Shown: positions 61,746-64,000 of the stretch, one piece after another | How positions within the stretch are numbered: the stretch's first letter is position 1 | Layout of the letters: each line of letters begins with the position of its first letter | Assembly: GCF_902713615.1 (NCBI RefSeq) | Contig: NC_052149.1 | Span: 87,995,519 to 88,059,518, forward strand | Direction: 5' to 3' | DNA from: Scyliorhinus canicula | Lineage: Eukaryota | Length of the DNA: 64,000 nt | Notes under the pieces: generated by a model | What the model was told of the DNA's origin: nothing | Databases searched by the model: none | What the model saw: only the letters and a program-made list of their open reading frames with translations | Position numbers and translations under genes: made by a program

Positions 61746-64000
61746 TGATGGAACCATCAATTCAGCGAACACGTGTAGTTGGATCTGAACAGAGGCTTTA
61801 ATACACTTACAATAGAGCCAGCCTATTCGTCGTTGAACTTCAGGTGAAATGGCAGGCTGGCTCTAAGGCACTGATCTTTATATATCGGTCCCAGAGGGAG
61901 GAGTCCTGGGTGGAGCCAAGGGAGGAGCCCAGTACAAACTCTTGCGTACTACCAGAGCGACTCCCCCTGATGGTCGGATAGTGCAACTGCACTTACAATG
62001 GTGGATAGTGAACATATATACACGGAGTTATATTGGCAACTATATACAGCATTGATCTTACAACGGGTAGATAACGAACATATATACATGGAGTGATATT
62101 GGCAACTATATATAGTGTGAATCACATTCACCACATTCACCTCACCCCTTGTTAAAAAATCAAGTCCGGCGGGGGTAATGGCTCAAAGAGTCAGTCTGTC
62201 CGGTGGACGAATTGTCCGTTTTAATCTGCGGAGCACCAGGGTTGCAGCCTCTTGCGGTGGCTGGGCGGTCGTCGAGGTCTGGGGTACGGTTGTCGGCTCC
62301 GGGGCGAGTCTTGTCCGAGCTTCATACACCTCCTGGTCAAATGGAGACTGGGGGCGCGGGGGGGAGGGCTGGTGCTGGCGCTCGGGACTGATGGAGTGAG
62401 CTCGCAGAATCGGGGGCGCAAGGGTGCGGCCGCATAGGGAACGGGGAAAGGAGTTCCTCGGTGGGGGTAGATGGGGGCTGGATCCAGCGGGTGCCAGATC
62501 CCGGAGGGATACTGTGTCCTGGCGACCGTCCAGGAACTCAACAAATGCGTACTGTGGGTTGGAATGAACAATGGGGTCGGTCTTGTGCGCCCTGACGTAC
62601 TTCCTTAGGAGAACCGGGCCTGGCGTCCTCAGCCATGCCGGAAGTCAGACCCCTGTGGTAGTGCCCCTGGAAAAAATGAAGAGCCGCTCGTGGGGGGTTT
62701 GCTTGGTAGCTGTACACAGGAGGGATCTAATTGCGTGGAGCACGTCAGGGAGGACTTCCTGCCATTGGGAAACTTGGAGCTTCCTGAACCTGAGGGTCAG
62801 TAGGACGGTCTTCCAGACCGTCGCGTTCTCCCTCTCCACCTGTCTGTTCCCCCTGGGGTTGTAACTGGTAGTCCTGCTCGAGGCGATGCCCTTGTCGAGC
62901 AGGTACTGACGCAGCTCGTCACTCATAAAGGACGAACCCCGGTCGCTGTGCACATAGCTGGGGATACCGAACAGGGTGAAGACACTATGCAGGGCCCTAA
63001 TGACTGTGTGGGAGGTCATATCGGGGCATGGGATGGCGAAGGGGAATCGGGTGAACTCATCAATAATGTTAAGGAAGTAAATGTTTTTGTTAGTGCAGGG
63101 GAGTGGCCCTTTGAAATCGATCGCAAGGCGTTCAAAGGGCCTATAAGCCTTGACCAGGTGGGCCCTGTCTGGTCTATAGAAGTGCGGTTTGCACTCCGCA
63201 CAGATCGGGCAATCCCTGGTGACCGCTTTTACCTCTTCGTTGGAGAAAGGCAGGTTCGGGCTCTGATGTAGTGGGCGAGCCGGGTGACCCCTGGGTGGTA
63301 GAGGTCATCGTGGATGGCTTTTAGGCGGCTGATTTGCGCGCTGGCGCATGTCCCGCGGGATAGGGCATCCGAGGGCTCATTGAGCTTCCCCGGTCGATAT
63401 TTGATATCGTAATTGTAGGTGGAGAGTTCAATCCTCCACCGAAGAATTTTGTCATTTTAATTTTGCCCCTTTGCGAGTTGTCGCACATGAAGGCGACCGA
63501 CCGTTGGTCGGAAATGAGGGTGAACCTCCTACCTGCGAGGTAGTGCCTCCAGTGACGAACAGCCTCCACGATGGCTCGTGCTTCCTTCTCGACTGAGGAG
63601 TGTCGGAGTTCTGAAGCGGATAGAGTACGGGAGAAAAATGCAACGGGCCGCCCTGCTTGGTTTAAAGTGGCTGCTAGCGCTACCTCTGAGGCGTCGCTCT
63701 CAACCTGAAAGGGAGTGGATTCATCCACCGCCCGCATGGCTGCTTTGGCGATGTCGTCCCTGATGCAGCTGAAGGCTTGGCGTGCCTTAGCAGACAGGGG
63801 AAATTGTGTGGCCTTGAAGAGTGGGCGGGCTTTGTCCGCATATTGGGGGACCCACTGTGCGTTGTACGAAAAGAGCCCCAAGCACCGTTTGAGGGCCTTG
63901 GGGCCATGGGGGAGGGGGAGTTCTAAGCATGCGGTCTGGGTCTGGGCCCAGGACTCCGTTCTCCACGACGTAGCCGAGGATGGCTAGTCTATTTGTGCGG
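61746..64000 (-). mobile_element. Gypsy LTR retrotransposon, 3' part (RT end, RNase H, integrase, PPT, 3' LTR 61746-62135)
   Basis: LTR TGTGG...CATCA on the - strand preceded by polypurine tract aaggggtgaggtgaa; VESDASE, EKEARA, VHSDRGSSF, YNPRGNRQVER; RT-RH-IN order. Confidence 0.92.

Noticed and set aside
1-64000. CRISPR arrays, operons or prokaryotic defence systems
   Set aside because: The window is vertebrate DNA with spliceosomal introns; no repeat-spacer array was seen

Overview
Repeat-rich vertebrate genomic DNA, most likely a shark (the V-SINE, DeuSINE, CR1 and Penelope repeats resemble catshark families; inference). Three complete spliced genes were reconstructed by hand, all with GT-AG introns and consistent phases: IFT25/HSPB11 (- strand, 5 coding exons, 140 aa), LRRC42 (+ strand, 7 coding exons, 415 aa) and LDLRAD1 (- strand, 6 coding exons, 221 or 228 aa). 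IFT25 and LRRC42 are head-to-head on a short bidirectional ETS/X-box promoter. A well-formed SECIS element at 829-900 marks the 3' UTR of an upstream selenoprotein gene, probably DIO1 from the recalled human order DIO1-HSPB11-LRRC42-LDLRAD1. Most long ORFs in the track belong to L1-like, CR1 and Gypsy retroelements. The most unusual observations are a ~645-bp fold-back element with a minimal hammerhead ribozyme motif in each arm, an L1 3' transduction that carries a SINE, one SINE head joined to three different tails, and an L1 inserted just upstream of an LRRC42 splice acceptor. Repeat boundaries without a stated TSD are approximate.
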